Shown: piece by piece, positions 18,936 to 28,791 of the stretch | How the letters are laid out: each line of letters opens with the position of its first letter | How positions within the stretch are numbered: position 1 is the stretch's first letter | IMG/VR virus record: IMGVR_UViG_3300020148_000038 | DNA length: 64,000 bases | Direction: 5' to 3' (one strand) | Source of the DNA: an uncultured virus (IMG/VR IMGVR_UViG_3300020148_000038) | Taxonomy: Duplodnaviria; Heunggongvirae; Uroviricota; Caudoviricetes | Notes under the pieces: model-generated | The model's input: only the letters and a program-made list of their open reading frames with translations | What the model was told of the DNA's origin: nothing | The model's database searches: none | Translations under genes and position numbers: made by a program

Positions 18936-21416
18936 ATGGATACATTTATAAAAGGGAATTATTTGAGAATGCTTAGTGATAGAGCCGAAAACTCCATCAT
19001 GCAAACTATCTCTATTGCTGTTTCCGCGATCCTTATCGCGGCGGGACTTGTGACAGCACCAGGATTGATTAACAATGCCCGCGATAACAATGCCCGCACC
19101 GACCTTGCGAATATCGCTTATGCACAGGAGTACATTTTGGGTGTTCAAGGCAAGTATTTCGACGGCGACTATATCACAATAGAGCAGGAGATGACAGGAG
19201 ATGGCGTGTCCAAGGCTGAGGCAACCAACAACCTTCAGTATCTTGCATCTAATGAAGGTTTGAACGGATTAGGAACGTCCGTCTCTATTGCTGATAATTC
19301 GAGCGGTGGGGTGGCGTTTACTGTTTCCGGTGACGTTTCTGGACATGCTTCTATAGCCTGTGGTACAGAACCGTACTTTATTATCAAGGCTCAATCTGGC
19401 TCTGGTAAGTGGTTCTATCGTGGATCTGGTTCCGGTCTAACCTCGTCTAATTATTCTGAAATCTACCAAAATATACCTTCAAAGGTATTTGCCGAGTGTT
19501 CGGACTTTGGAAGCGGATTTGAAGAAACTAATGACCAAGGCGATGACCAAGATAATGAGCCGACCGTTTGTGACACCGCTCCTGAAGGATATCCTCTTAC
19601 GGAGACGCCTAATGTATATGACTACAGCATGTGGGGCGAGCAGGAGTACGGCTACGGTATTAGCATTAACTCCGACACAACCAACCTTCCGGTCGATACT
19701 GAAACAGAAGAATTTAAGACCAATCTACCTTCTTATGAGTTTGTGACCAAAAGCAATGGCACTGTCGGTAAGTGGATGGAACCTGAAGATATATTCTTCT
19801 GCATCGGTGATGAATTGGTTCCTCATAAATTAGCATATACCGGTGAGGACTACTATTACCAGGATTATGTCGCTGGTGGTGGCCCGTTGCAACTCCAAAT
19901 CACAACGGGGTGGGAACTCTGTGATGGATGGCCTTCGGCTATGAACGAATGGTGGCAGAACGGACGAATGATTGTTATGTATAACGGTCAGCCTAACGTA
20001 TTCGCTATGAAATTCACTCAAGAACCAATTAGCGCGCTTGCTGGTGACCCAGGATACCCGGCTTCCTGTGAGAACGCCTCTCCGACCCCAAGCGGTCCAC
20101 CGGCTCCAACGAACTTACCGAGCATCGAGAACTTCTCCAACTACTCGGAAGACCCCGATCACAGTCAGGGATGGCTGTATCACGGAGTTAAGAATGATAC
20201 CAACACAGCCGCAGCATTCTGGATAAATTACGCGGACACCGTAACAGTTGACGGCGATCTTCCAGGTAATGTTGAACTAACCCTAGGGTTCGATTTCGGT
20301 GATGGTGAACAGGTTTGGTATCTAACTGGTGACACAGATATCTCCGAAGCTGGGGTTTACCCCATCACGATTACGGCAGAGAATACCCTGGGATCAGTAC
20401 AACACCAAGTTGACCTCAAGGTGGTTGGGTGGGAACCTCTAGTCTCAACCAGTTACGAGAGTGGAATGAGCGTAGAGACAGCATCATCAAACGGTTCGGT
20501 TGTCATTGATAGAAGTTGGCGTCGTCACACTGCTGGAACGTCAGTTCAACTGAACCCGCCTGCTGGCACGAGATTCTTGTATGCCTTCATGAGCGACAAT
20601 GGAAGTATTGTGACAGCCGTTGTTCGCGATGATACAACAGAGTGGTACAGAGATGTCTACCTAACAACATCACTCGACGGAGGCTACACATGGGGTTCCT
20701 TGAACCAAATATGTAACACGAGTAGTTCTTGTGGTCCGACACGTGGACACGTTTCTAATGACGGCGATATTACGCTATGGCCGACAAACGGTTCGTCTAT
20801 CTATTACTCGGACGATAACGGCTTTAGCTGGGATATAAGGACAGTCCCCGGTGCCGGTGCCCATAAGCTTGCGGTTTCGGAAAATGGAGACGTTATCGCT
20901 CAGGTTCGCATCTCAGGGAGCACCGGTTACTTCGAAACCAGTTCTGACGGCGGCGTTACATGGTCACAGGTTGGACCCTCCAATGGGACGAATGTCATCT
21001 CATCCAATGTCGTGATCGCGGTCGATAACCTCGGAAATGTTCTGTACGCTCACGGTACAGGTGGAGGTGGTATCTCCTGGGGATACCTATCTACCAATGT
21101 CAGCAAAACCGAAACTAATCAGATGTTCACTGGCGATGCCATCAGCAGTAGTGGGATTGACCTACCAGGCACAAACAACGAGCTGTACTGGGTGAGCGGC
21201 GTAAGCCTATCCGGAGACGGCAAGATTGCGACGATTCTCACTCCTGGGTACATTTGGACCAAGGCTATGGAGTCCACCAGATCATCATCGTACAGCAGTT
21301 CCGCCGCTACGGGGTGGGTCGCTACCCCACTCGGGGACTACGCGAACACGACGCTGGTTCACCTTAGCGGACGCCACGTTGTAGTCGATGGGCAACAATT
21401 CATCTGGAGAGAATAA
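18936..21416 (+). CDS. Pilin-like N-terminus family copy 3; Ig-like and Asp-box C-terminus
   Basis: Conserved N-terminus; GDLPG..LTG..AGVYPITITAENTLGS Ig-like module; SLDGGYTW, SDDNGFSW, SSDGGVTW. Confidence 0.85.
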   Translation: MDTFIKGNYLRMLSDRAENSIMQTISIAVSAILIAAGLVTAPGLINNARDNNARTDLANIAYAQEYILGVQGKYFDGDYITIEQEMTGDGVSKAEATNNLQYLASNEGLNGLGTSVSIADNSSGGVAFTVSGDVSGHASIACGTEPYFIIKAQSGSGKWFYRGSGSGLTSSNYSEIYQNIPSKVFAECSDFGSGFEETNDQGDDQDNEPTVCDTAPEGYPLTETPNVYDYSMWGEQEYGYGISINSDTTNLPVDTETEEFKTNLPSYEFVTKSNGTVGKWMEPEDIFFCIGDELVPHKLAYTGEDYYYQDYVAGGGPLQLQITTGWELCDGWPSAMNEWWQNGRMIVMYNGQPNVFAMKFTQEPISALAGDPGYPASCENASPTPSGPPAPTNLPSIENFSNYSEDPDHSQGWLYHGVKNDTNTAAAFWINYADTVTVDGDLPGNVELTLGFDFGDGEQVWYLTGDTDISEAGVYPITITAENTLGSVQHQVDLKVVGWEPLVSTSYESGMSVETASSNGSVVIDRSWRRHTAGTSVQLNPPAGTRFLYAFMSDNGSIVTAVVRDDTTEWYRDVYLTTSLDGGYTWGSLNQICNTSSSCGPTRGHVSNDGDITLWPTNGSSIYYSDDNGFSWDIRTVPGAGAHKLAVSENGDVIAQVRISGSTGYFETSSDGGVTWSQVGPSNGTNVISSNVVIAVDNLGNVLYAHGTGGGGISWGYLSTNVSKTETNQMFTGDAISSSGIDLPGTNNELYWVSGVSLSGDGKIATILTPGYIWTKAMESTRSSSYSSSAATGWVATPLGDYANTTLVHLSGRHVVVDGQQFIWRE

Positions 21417-21433
21417 CGTCCACTAGATGACAG

Positions 21434-21476
21434 AAGGGCACCCTGGCACATTCAAAAGCGCCGGGGTGCCCTTTTA
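21434..21476 (+). terminator. Intrinsic terminator
   Basis: AAGGGCACCCTGGC..GCCGGGGTGCCCTTTT. Confidence 0.8.
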
Positions 21477-21621
21477 GTTCATAATCATCAGATTACGCGA
21501 CACAACCGCAATGATTGGTGAAGACAAACTCTCAGATTTGAAGCATCTGTCATCCGTAAACCAGTTCCCCGAGTTGTCGATATTAAACAAGCACTGTACC
21601 TTATTACGGTACTATTCGGTT

Positions 21622-22029
21622 GTGTACAACCAATATGACCCGAACTACTATCAGCATCCCTATATTCCGCACCACGAGACGGCAACGCCGAAAAGCGGTC
21701 GGACTCTCAGCGCGGTTTCGATGGCGGTTAATCTCATCATGCTGGCTATCATTGTTCTTCCTTCTCTGGTTTTCATAGGTATCGGTTTCTGGTTTGTTGA
21801 TGGGAATTACGACTTCAGTCTTGGGGTCGCTTTATTCCTTCCCGCCTTGCTCAATTTGGTGGGAAGCTGGGTACTTATTCCAGTGGCGATTGCATTTGTA
21901 ATCGTATCCATTGTGCAGTTAACAAGGAAACGGAATACAGGCTTTAATGTTGTTTCTATTATTGCCGGTTCACTTGCTTTCATTTTCAGTTCACTTCTTC
22001 TCTTGTACTGGTTCGTATCCTTCATTTGA
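21622..22029 (+). CDS. Membrane protein (3 TM), paralogue of 61469-61858
   Basis: GTG 6 nt after TACTAT; shares SIVQL.RKR..N..S with 61469. Confidence 0.7.
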   Translation: MYNQYDPNYYQHPYIPHHETATPKSGRTLSAVSMAVNLIMLAIIVLPSLVFIGIGFWFVDGNYDFSLGVALFLPALLNLVGSWVLIPVAIAFVIVSIVQLTRKRNTGFNVVSIIAGSLAFIFSSLLLLYWFVSFI

Positions 22030-22050
22030 TAGCCCTCCTGAATACCAGCA

Positions 22051-22079
22051 TTGACCTTATCGAGGTTTTCTGGTAGCAT
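22051..22079 (+). promoter_or_regulatory. sigmaA-type promoter TTGACC-17-TAGCAT, leaderless
   Basis: 7 nt before ATG 22087. Confidence 0.7.
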
Positions 22080-22086
22080 TTAATAC

Positions 22087-22320
22087 ATGAGTGAATTAAT
22101 CAACAAGCAAACCTTTCCTGCCACTGTGCTGACGGTTTTCCGTCTCATTGCTTTGTTGTCAGCCTTTACCTTCCTCGTTTGGTTCTTGGCAAAGGTCGCG
22201 CTTCACATCATGAATGGTTCACCAGTTGACGTAACCTTAATGGTTGGGTTCATTGTTTCATTTATGGTGTACGCATTTTTCAGCTTCCTTTTCTTTCGCT
22301 TACAAGCAGAGAAAAGATAA
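22087..22320 (+). CDS. Small 2-TM membrane protein
   Basis: Two hydrophobic helices, 77 aa. Confidence 0.75.
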   Translation: MSELINKQTFPATVLTVFRLIALLSAFTFLVWFLAKVALHIMNGSPVDVTLMVGFIVSFMVYAFFSFLFFRLQAEKR

Positions 22321-22362
22321 CAACTTCAACTTACCGAATGCACGCTTGGAGGTGTAATTTTA

Positions 22363-22800
22363 ATGGCGAATATTGTCGAATGGACATCACATGACGATGA
22401 TCGCTACCAGGACACGGGCGAGGGTGGACTTTTCGCTTACGCATTCTGGGACGCTCCGAAAGCCGAATGTTTCTTGGAGAGTCAGGGCGTTATCGGCATT
22501 GGAGACGTGATGGTTGACGCTATTGGTCCGATGGGGCACGAGTTCCACGACCAGATCAATCGGTACTACGAACTTACCAATTCTGGAACCAGTTATGATG
22601 ATGCAGTACGTGAAACCCAAATCGTTTTTGGCGGGATGTTATTCTTGGGTTCAACTCGGCATTCGCTATTTGACGACGAAGCCGGGAAATATTTCTTCGT
22701 TCAAGAGCGTAATTTGACCGATGAGGGATTGGCGCTTGTTCGCGCGACTTCAAAGCTTTATGGCACGGAGCCTACTTACGTAACATTTTTGGATACGTAA
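22363..22800 (+). CDS. Hypothetical acidic protein
   Basis: GGAGG RBS, 145 aa. Confidence 0.8.
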   Translation: MANIVEWTSHDDDRYQDTGEGGLFAYAFWDAPKAECFLESQGVIGIGDVMVDAIGPMGHEFHDQINRYYELTNSGTSYDDAVRETQIVFGGMLFLGSTRHSLFDDEAGKYFFVQERNLTDEGLALVRATSKLYGTEPTYVTFLDT

Positions 22801-22813
22801 GTGACCAATCCAT

Positions 22814-22857
22814 AGGAAAGACCGCCACACGAATGATGCTGTGGCGGTCTTTTCCTT
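22814..22857. terminator. Bidirectional intrinsic terminator
   Basis: AAAGACCGCCACA..TGTGGCGGTCTTT between convergent genes. Confidence 0.8.
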
Positions 22858-22876
22858 ATCTTCTTAAGGTCTTCCC

Positions 22877-23773
22877 CTAATACGCATATGACATTTCATA
22901 TGCGTATTTTAATATGTAATTCACCCTTTCACGATCAACAGTTTCGGGTAACGCTTTAGAAGGTTGAATGGAATCCAGTTCTCGAATAGCGTCTTCTAAA
23001 AATGCGTCAATAGCTTCTCTGGACAACTCGCCTCGGCGGATGCTCTTAATGAAATCCCTTTCGTCTTCAGCTAGCGGAATCAACATTCTTTGTTCGCGGG
23101 CGAGTCTCAACCCATGAAAAGCCAGCTTGGATGATTGGTATGCAGCTTTAGTGTCGAAGCCATATTGTTCAATGAGTTCTGGACGGAGAACTTTCGTTGC
23201 AGCATCCCCGTTCATTCTTCGCTTCTCGGTCATTAGGTGGTGCGCGAATCTTTGAGTGGCATGGTGTGTTACGAATGCGTCACGGTTATCAACTAGTAAT
23301 TGCCCGACATCAGAGATGTATGCATACTTTGGAAGATACAAGGTGGATAGAACATCAGTGTTTCCTGCCGATATGAGACGAGCGAATTTCTTCAACGCGA
23401 ACACCTTACCCTCATCGGTTCCTTCTGGGGTTTTCATGTTCTGGTTTTCTTTGCCTAAAAGGGTATGCTCGTATTGTTCTAGTCCGAACACCACATTGAT
23501 GGGTTCAACAGCCACTCCGATGAAGTCATAATCTGATGCATCGACGTTTGTTCCGTGTGCGGACGAGCCATACTCTCCCAATATAGATAAGCTAGCTCCC
23601 TCTGGGAGTTTTCTGAACGCCTCTTGAAGAATAACGGTAGGGTCGTGCTCTGTCGTGTCAGAGACGGATAGCCTGTTGATTCTTTCCGAACTCAGTTTGT
23701 TTTCTTTGTCGGGGTTAACATATACGGTCGTATGCCTCCCATTTTTATCTACAATCCTTTTAGGTATGGTCAT
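22877..23773 (-). CDS. DKNG-leader protein with pol-beta-superfamily nucleotidyltransferase (RlaP/YcgL-like)
   Basis: MTIPKRIVDKNGRHTTVYVNP; YGSSAHGT..SDYDFIGV motif; GFDTK.A helical C-terminus; ATCT-N11-TAGTAT upstream (23806-23826). Confidence 0.85.
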   Translation of the reverse strand: MTIPKRIVDKNGRHTTVYVNPDKENKLSSERINRLSVSDTTEHDPTVILQEAFRKLPEGASLSILGEYGSSAHGTNVDASDYDFIGVAVEPINVVFGLEQYEHTLLGKENQNMKTPEGTDEGKVFALKKFARLISAGNTDVLSTLYLPKYAYISDVGQLLVDNRDAFVTHHATQRFAHHLMTEKRRMNGDAATKVLRPELIEQYGFDTKAAYQSSKLAFHGLRLAREQRMLIPLAEDERDFIKSIRRGELSREAIDAFLEDAIRELDSIQPSKALPETVDRERVNYILKYAYEMSYAY

Positions 23774-23828
23774 GTTCTTATCCTGTCCTATCCTTATTTA
23801 TGAGGATACTAAGTTTTATGAGAGATTT

Positions 23829-25088
23829 TTAGAAGTCGAGACGGTTAATGATGTCTGATTCGGTTTCTTCGCTAGGTGCCTTGTAACCATCACCGTAATG
23901 CTTTGTTTTCCATTCTTTGAATCCCGGTATTGATTCACTCAGGATAGCATCCCAGTCTCTTCTTGAAACTTTAGATGCTAGATTTTCGTCGCTCTCTAAA
24001 ACGCCCTGTTGCGCCTGTGACATATAGAACACTAAAGCCTGGGCCGCTCGGTCATGGTCTTCTGGAGCAAACTCAGCGAAGAAGGAGTTTTTGCTATTTC
24101 CTGAATAAGGGAGTTCTTCTTTATCCCAATTCTCCATACCGTTGATGATGATGGAATCGGTGTTGCGGTGCTCATAAACACTGAAAGAGCGAGTTGATCC
24201 ATTCGGAGTTTTGACTGTATAAACGTTCCCCCATTCACGAGTGTTGTAGAAGGAATCAACTTCCACGTCGGTCAACCCGATGCGTTCCATCTCTTTCTTC
24301 AATTCATTAACAGGGAAAACGGCCGCCATGTAGAACTGATTGTTGACGGCTGGGCTGTCTGGATGTAAGCACCTGAATAGCCTTTCTGATTTGGGGAATA
24401 GGCTTTGGTGGGCATCTCTATCTTTCATTATCTCAGGGATTTCATCTCCGCGAGCAATGCAAGCAATTGTTTCTTGGTAGAAAGGCTCCACGTCTCCATA
24501 GTTGGTTCTTCCTGGATCTGCGTGATGATAGTTCACTCTATCGAATGCAACCTGCTGGGCATCCTCCAAACCATTAAGGTTTGGGTTTGTGACTGGTTCT
24601 GCTGGTTTATGTGTAATGGTTGATGCGAGCTTTCTCGTGACAAGATCTTTCGCTAAGTCGTTCATTACCTTGTCTCTTGCTCGCCAGGCGTCGTCATCAC
24701 GGTTTAGTTTGGCGGGAATCATTCCGGAGATGGCGTCCCACGCTTCAGCTTCATCTTCTGCTGTGAAAGGCTCTCTATCGATGATTGTTGCAATATCTTG
24801 GATAACGGAAAGATTGTGCTCATCTGCTGTAGTCCACGCCTTTTCCCATTTATTGATGTACATCAGGCTTCGGTGGATATCATCCCACTCGATACTATCT
24901 GCCTCTACCAAGGAAACCATAAGGTCTTCTACCTGGGATTCTAATTGTTCTGCCGGGATGCTAGCTAGTTGATGCGCGCTCGGGGCGGGTAAGTTATTGG
25001 ATTGGCGGTTTGCTGGTTTGCGATATACGGTTCTTTGTACACCGTTTTTATCCGTCATGATTGTTGGAATGAGATGGTCGCGTTTCAT
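23829..25088 (-). CDS. DKNG-leader protein, unknown cargo
   Basis: MKRDHLIPTIMTDKNGVQRTVYRKP; start re-assigned from 25142. Confidence 0.85.
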   Translation of the reverse strand: MKRDHLIPTIMTDKNGVQRTVYRKPANRQSNNLPAPSAHQLASIPAEQLESQVEDLMVSLVEADSIEWDDIHRSLMYINKWEKAWTTADEHNLSVIQDIATIIDREPFTAEDEAEAWDAISGMIPAKLNRDDDAWRARDKVMNDLAKDLVTRKLASTITHKPAEPVTNPNLNGLEDAQQVAFDRVNYHHADPGRTNYGDVEPFYQETIACIARGDEIPEIMKDRDAHQSLFPKSERLFRCLHPDSPAVNNQFYMAAVFPVNELKKEMERIGLTDVEVDSFYNTREWGNVYTVKTPNGSTRSFSVYEHRNTDSIIINGMENWDKEELPYSGNSKNSFFAEFAPEDHDRAAQALVFYMSQAQQGVLESDENLASKVSRRDWDAILSESIPGFKEWKTKHYGDGYKAPSEETESDIINRLDF

Positions 25089-25094
25089 ACCTAC

Positions 25095-25151
25095 AGAATA
25101 CCTTTGACCGACGACTTCCTTTGTGTATATGTCTGGCATCAATGCTAGTAT
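25095..25151. promoter_or_regulatory. Back-to-back GTC-class promoters
   Basis: Minus: GTCG-N11-TATTCT (25115-25095), 6 nt before ATG 25088; plus: GTCT-N11-TAGTAT (25131-25151), 6 nt before ATG 25158. Confidence 0.7.
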
Positions 25152-25157
25152 TTTCTT

Positions 25158-25832
25158 ATGAATGATTTAACGCCGTCGCAGGTCTGGGACAAGCGAGGTT
25201 TTATGACCACGAGATACGTCCGCTCCAACCCCAACATTGAAGGAAAGAGCTTCAATCGTTTAGCAAGCATTATTCGTTCCGGTCGTCAGAACGCCATCGA
25301 GGTGGACTCTTACCCCATTGCAAGAGATGGTTTCGAGAACGCCGAAATTCGTGTGGATATCAGGCATAAGCCGACCGATACCACCTCCAGCGGGTTTGAG
25401 TATGAAGTAGTTGTCGCAAACGGCGAAGGAGATTTGACATCATCCGTCTTTGATTCCTTGTCTGATGCAAGAAATGATAGAAATGATAAAATCTCTCGTA
25501 TCATCTCTCCTTTGAAATCTGTTGACGCAAGTCCTGATGCTGTTACAGAGTATGCCAATGATGTTCTGTTCGTCATCTTTAAGAAGTTCGGACCTGCCTC
25601 TGTCGAGCCAAACCGCGAAGTGATTAATCACATGATGGAATCCGATGTTAAAATGGTCAATACCCTTATTGAAGGTGGGTATTCGGAGTTCGAAATCATT
25701 CCGGACATGATGCATTTCACTGACGGATATATTTCTCATAGTTCACTAGATGAAGAAATTGGCGCAGTTGTTAAGGACGCGCTTCACGACATTATCACTA
25801 ATAAGATGTTGAGATATTCAGACGAGGTTTAA
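25158..25832 (+). CDS. Variant-leader protein
   Basis: MNDLTPSQVWDKRGFMTTRYVR. Confidence 0.8.
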   Translation: MNDLTPSQVWDKRGFMTTRYVRSNPNIEGKSFNRLASIIRSGRQNAIEVDSYPIARDGFENAEIRVDIRHKPTDTTSSGFEYEVVVANGEGDLTSSVFDSLSDARNDRNDKISRIISPLKSVDASPDAVTEYANDVLFVIFKKFGPASVEPNREVINHMMESDVKMVNTLIEGGYSEFEIIPDMMHFTDGYISHSSLDEEIGAVVKDALHDIITNKMLRYSDEV

Positions 25833-25868
25833 TCCTTCTCTGAGTATTTGATGCGGGGCGATGAGATA

Positions 25869-26438
25869 ATGGGTGGCATCTTACCTACACGTATTGTGGA
25901 TAAGAATGGGAGACATACGACCGTATACAGGAAACCTTATGTTGTGTCACATAAGAGCGTTCAAAGCATCCCTGCTCCCGTGTCCTCTGCTGTTGATTAT
26001 CGTTCTGGGATGGAACCGTTCGGCAGCATCGAACAGTTCCGTGAGTATTCTCGCAGACTTGACGGTGCTGAGCTTTCAGTTGAACGCTTTGGTATAGGGC
26101 TGGCACCGTTACCTTTGTATGATTCTGGAATCGAGTGGGACGGGATTCCGGATGAAGTTCTCAACCCCAATCAAATGATTATGATATCAAGCCAGGAAAC
26201 TGTGTATGCCGCGACGGTCGAGCATTATATTGACAATCCGAACGTTCCTAGTGAGATGGGTTTGACAAGACGAGACGGTATGGCGGTTCGGCTACTCCGA
26301 GATTTTGACGGTTCTCTGCATATCATGGAAGGAAACCATCGTATAGCAGCCGCCATGATTTCTGATGGTTATGTGGTAGCCAAAGTGTTTAACTGTTCTG
26401 ATTCTGATGGCGGGGATGTTTCTGATGATTACTATTGA
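25869..26438 (+). CDS. DKNG-leader protein with ParB/Srx-like domain
   Basis: ILPTRIVDKNGRHTTVYRKP; SSQE..HIMEGNHRIAAA. Confidence 0.75.
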   Translation: MGGILPTRIVDKNGRHTTVYRKPYVVSHKSVQSIPAPVSSAVDYRSGMEPFGSIEQFREYSRRLDGAELSVERFGIGLAPLPLYDSGIEWDGIPDEVLNPNQMIMISSQETVYAATVEHYIDNPNVPSEMGLTRRDGMAVRLLRDFDGSLHIMEGNHRIAAAMISDGYVVAKVFNCSDSDGGDVSDDYY

Positions 26439-26465
26439 ATCAGTAAAGATTTATAGCCTCAGTAA

Positions 26466-26494
26466 TTGACGCTAGGACATTTATTATGTATCAT
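26466..26494 (+). promoter_or_regulatory. sigmaA-type promoter TTGACG-17-TATCAT
   Basis: Upstream of GAAAGG RBS and ATG 26518. Confidence 0.7.
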
Positions 26495-26517
26495 TTACGC
26501 GATCTGAAAGGTTAATA

Positions 26518-27069
26518 ATGCCAAACGACATGACTCGTGAACAGTGGATTGAAGAAGTATCAAGAGGTCTAACTAAGACAATGCCTGATATGTACCCAGA
26601 GGGATTTGCTGATTACCTCGCCACTTCTTATGCGGACGAAGGGGGTTATGATTCCTACATCAACGATGAATTCCCGCCAGGGATTCTATGGAATCCTTCG
26701 CAGTTCGCTATGCAGAATTCGGATCATGGCGGCAAGATTGGTGGTGAACCTCTTCGCGATCCTGATACAGTATCGATTACTGTTGGCGGTGAACCGTCTA
26801 AGCCGGTTGATAATGGGTCTTCATTGATTGCCGTAGTTCGAGATTCAATCGCTGAAATTATCGACCCAGAAGCGATGGACAAGGAAGACCTCTCAACTTA
26901 TGACCGTCGCGAGCAGGTAATCAAGAGTGCCAATCGGGTTTACGCTCACATCTTCAGCGAAAACTCTGTGGAGCTAATTGTAGAGAAGCTTTTCAACTCA
27001 TATGGTTTACATGTCTCCAAGGATTATGTGAAAAGCATGTTGACACAATTGTTCATCGAGAAGGTTTAG
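26518..27069 (+). CDS. Hypothetical protein
   Basis: 183-aa ORF with promoter and terminator. Confidence 0.8.
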   Translation: MPNDMTREQWIEEVSRGLTKTMPDMYPEGFADYLATSYADEGGYDSYINDEFPPGILWNPSQFAMQNSDHGGKIGGEPLRDPDTVSITVGGEPSKPVDNGSSLIAVVRDSIAEIIDPEAMDKEDLSTYDRREQVIKSANRVYAHIFSENSVELIVEKLFNSYGLHVSKDYVKSMLTQLFIEKV

Positions 27070-27087
27070 CTTCTTCGTTACCCAAGG

Positions 27088-27120
27088 AAAGACCCCTTAA
27101 GTGGGGGTCTTTGCTTTTTT
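27088..27120 (+). terminator. Intrinsic terminator
   Basis: AAAGACCCC..GGGGTCTTT then T-tract. Confidence 0.75.
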
Positions 27121-27180
27121 CATAAAATGGGTTTGACCAGAGGTTTTCATGTAACTTTGTTTTAACAAAAGGAAAATCAC

Positions 27181-28770
27181 ATGCTTAAGCTCAAAAACGA
27201 ATATGCCGAAAACTCCATCATGCAGACCATCACTATTGCTGTATCCGCAATTTTGATTGCGGCAGGACTTGTTACGGCACCCGGTCTTATCAATAATGCG
27301 CGCGATAATAATGCACGTACCGACCTTGCCAATATCGCTTATGCGCAAGAGTTCTATCTTTCAACTACCGGGCATTACTATGATGTTGACAACACCACTA
27401 CATTTGTGAGCGTTGAGCAGGAGCTTGCCTATAACGTTGAGCATGGAGACGGTCTGCTTACCAAGCCGAACGCTGTCAACAATTTGCAGTATGTGGTAAG
27501 CAACTCTGGTGTTGGACTATCCACTTCTGTTGAAGCTGATAGCCAGGGTGTTTCTTTTTCGCTTTCTGGTGATGTGACGAATCATTCTATTCAGACATGC
27601 TCTGATAAGCCATACTATTTGCTTCGCGATCAGTCCGCATCCGGTAAATGGTTCTATCGCGGTTCTGGTTCTGCTGATGTCAGTGCCGATTTCTCCAAGA
27701 TAGTCAACGCTATCCCGGCTGCCGTTCTTGCCGAATGCCCAACTCTGGGAGATGGCTTTGAAGGTGAGCCGGTAGACGGCACCCCAGGTGGAGATGATGG
27801 CAACGAAAATGAATTGCCATCTGATTACATTACCGCTAATTCATGGGATCGTCCGTATCTGTTCACTGTTCATGCCAGTAGTACAGATACTCCGGTTGAT
27901 GACCTTCCTTGGGTTCAACAGCTTGAATACACTCCTGGCGATATATGGTGGCCAGAGTCTACTACGGTTGAAGATCTAGAAGTTTTTGCTGGTGATTCAG
28001 AAGTGGATTACCTAACGGGAGATGACTTTGTTTTCTCCTACCATTCGATTGAAGACGATAGTTACATCAGTTTCTTGGATTTGATTATTTTCGATGCTGC
28101 TTTGGATGAATTGGATTTCAATGGCGACCTTGCCAACTTCTTAATAGATGGTTGGGTAACAGCTACCGTTGATGGTGTTCCCGGAAACTCCATCCATATC
28201 ACCTTAGACGCCGATGATTTGGCAAGCTCGGGAATAATAGGAAACCCGAATGCAGGACTCAACCAAGCCAACGCTGTTCATTCTGCATACACCAGAGGCG
28301 GACTTCCTTTTGGTTATCTAGATGAATATGAAGATTTCATGGTTAGCAACAACTTTGATTCTATGAACAACGATAAGTTCGCTTACGATGCCGGACAGAA
28401 TGCCAGATTGGGCAACATGAACCTTGGTACTGCCGAGATTATCAGTATCGTGGGAGATGATGGCGCTGTTTATAGCGTGGATATGAGTTCGGGTTATGCC
28501 ATGTTCGGAAAGGTAGGCAAGACCGTTGAGAATGAAGTTGAATTCGATTTCAGAATCAGACTAGAATCCAATTTCTCCGACTACATAAACGGTGATGTTG
28601 ATTATCTCACTGACTACATCCCGTTTGGTTCTAGTGGATTCACACTTCGCGACTCCAGCAATAACGAAGTTGACATATATGAATTCGAAGCATCATATGT
28701 TCAAATTCGCTTCCCTGGTGCATCACAACCAATGTGGATTGCAATTCACGAAATAAACATGTGGACTTAA
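27181..28770 (+). CDS. Pilin-like N-terminus family copy 4
   Basis: Conserved N-terminus; acidic C-terminal domains shared with copies 5 and 6; ends PGASQPMWIAI. Confidence 0.88.
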   Translation: MLKLKNEYAENSIMQTITIAVSAILIAAGLVTAPGLINNARDNNARTDLANIAYAQEFYLSTTGHYYDVDNTTTFVSVEQELAYNVEHGDGLLTKPNAVNNLQYVVSNSGVGLSTSVEADSQGVSFSLSGDVTNHSIQTCSDKPYYLLRDQSASGKWFYRGSGSADVSADFSKIVNAIPAAVLAECPTLGDGFEGEPVDGTPGGDDGNENELPSDYITANSWDRPYLFTVHASSTDTPVDDLPWVQQLEYTPGDIWWPESTTVEDLEVFAGDSEVDYLTGDDFVFSYHSIEDDSYISFLDLIIFDAALDELDFNGDLANFLIDGWVTATVDGVPGNSIHITLDADDLASSGIIGNPNAGLNQANAVHSAYTRGGLPFGYLDEYEDFMVSNNFDSMNNDKFAYDAGQNARLGNMNLGTAEIISIVGDDGAVYSVDMSSGYAMFGKVGKTVENEVEFDFRIRLESNFSDYINGDVDYLTDYIPFGSSGFTLRDSSNNEVDIYEFEASYVQIRFPGASQPMWIAIHEINMWT

Positions 28771-28791
28771 ATCCTTCGAACAGCTACTCCG

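Noticed and set aside
25869..26438. Plasmid partition system (parAB)
   Set aside because: ParB-like domains lack an HTH, and no Walker-A ParA or parS repeats are nearby
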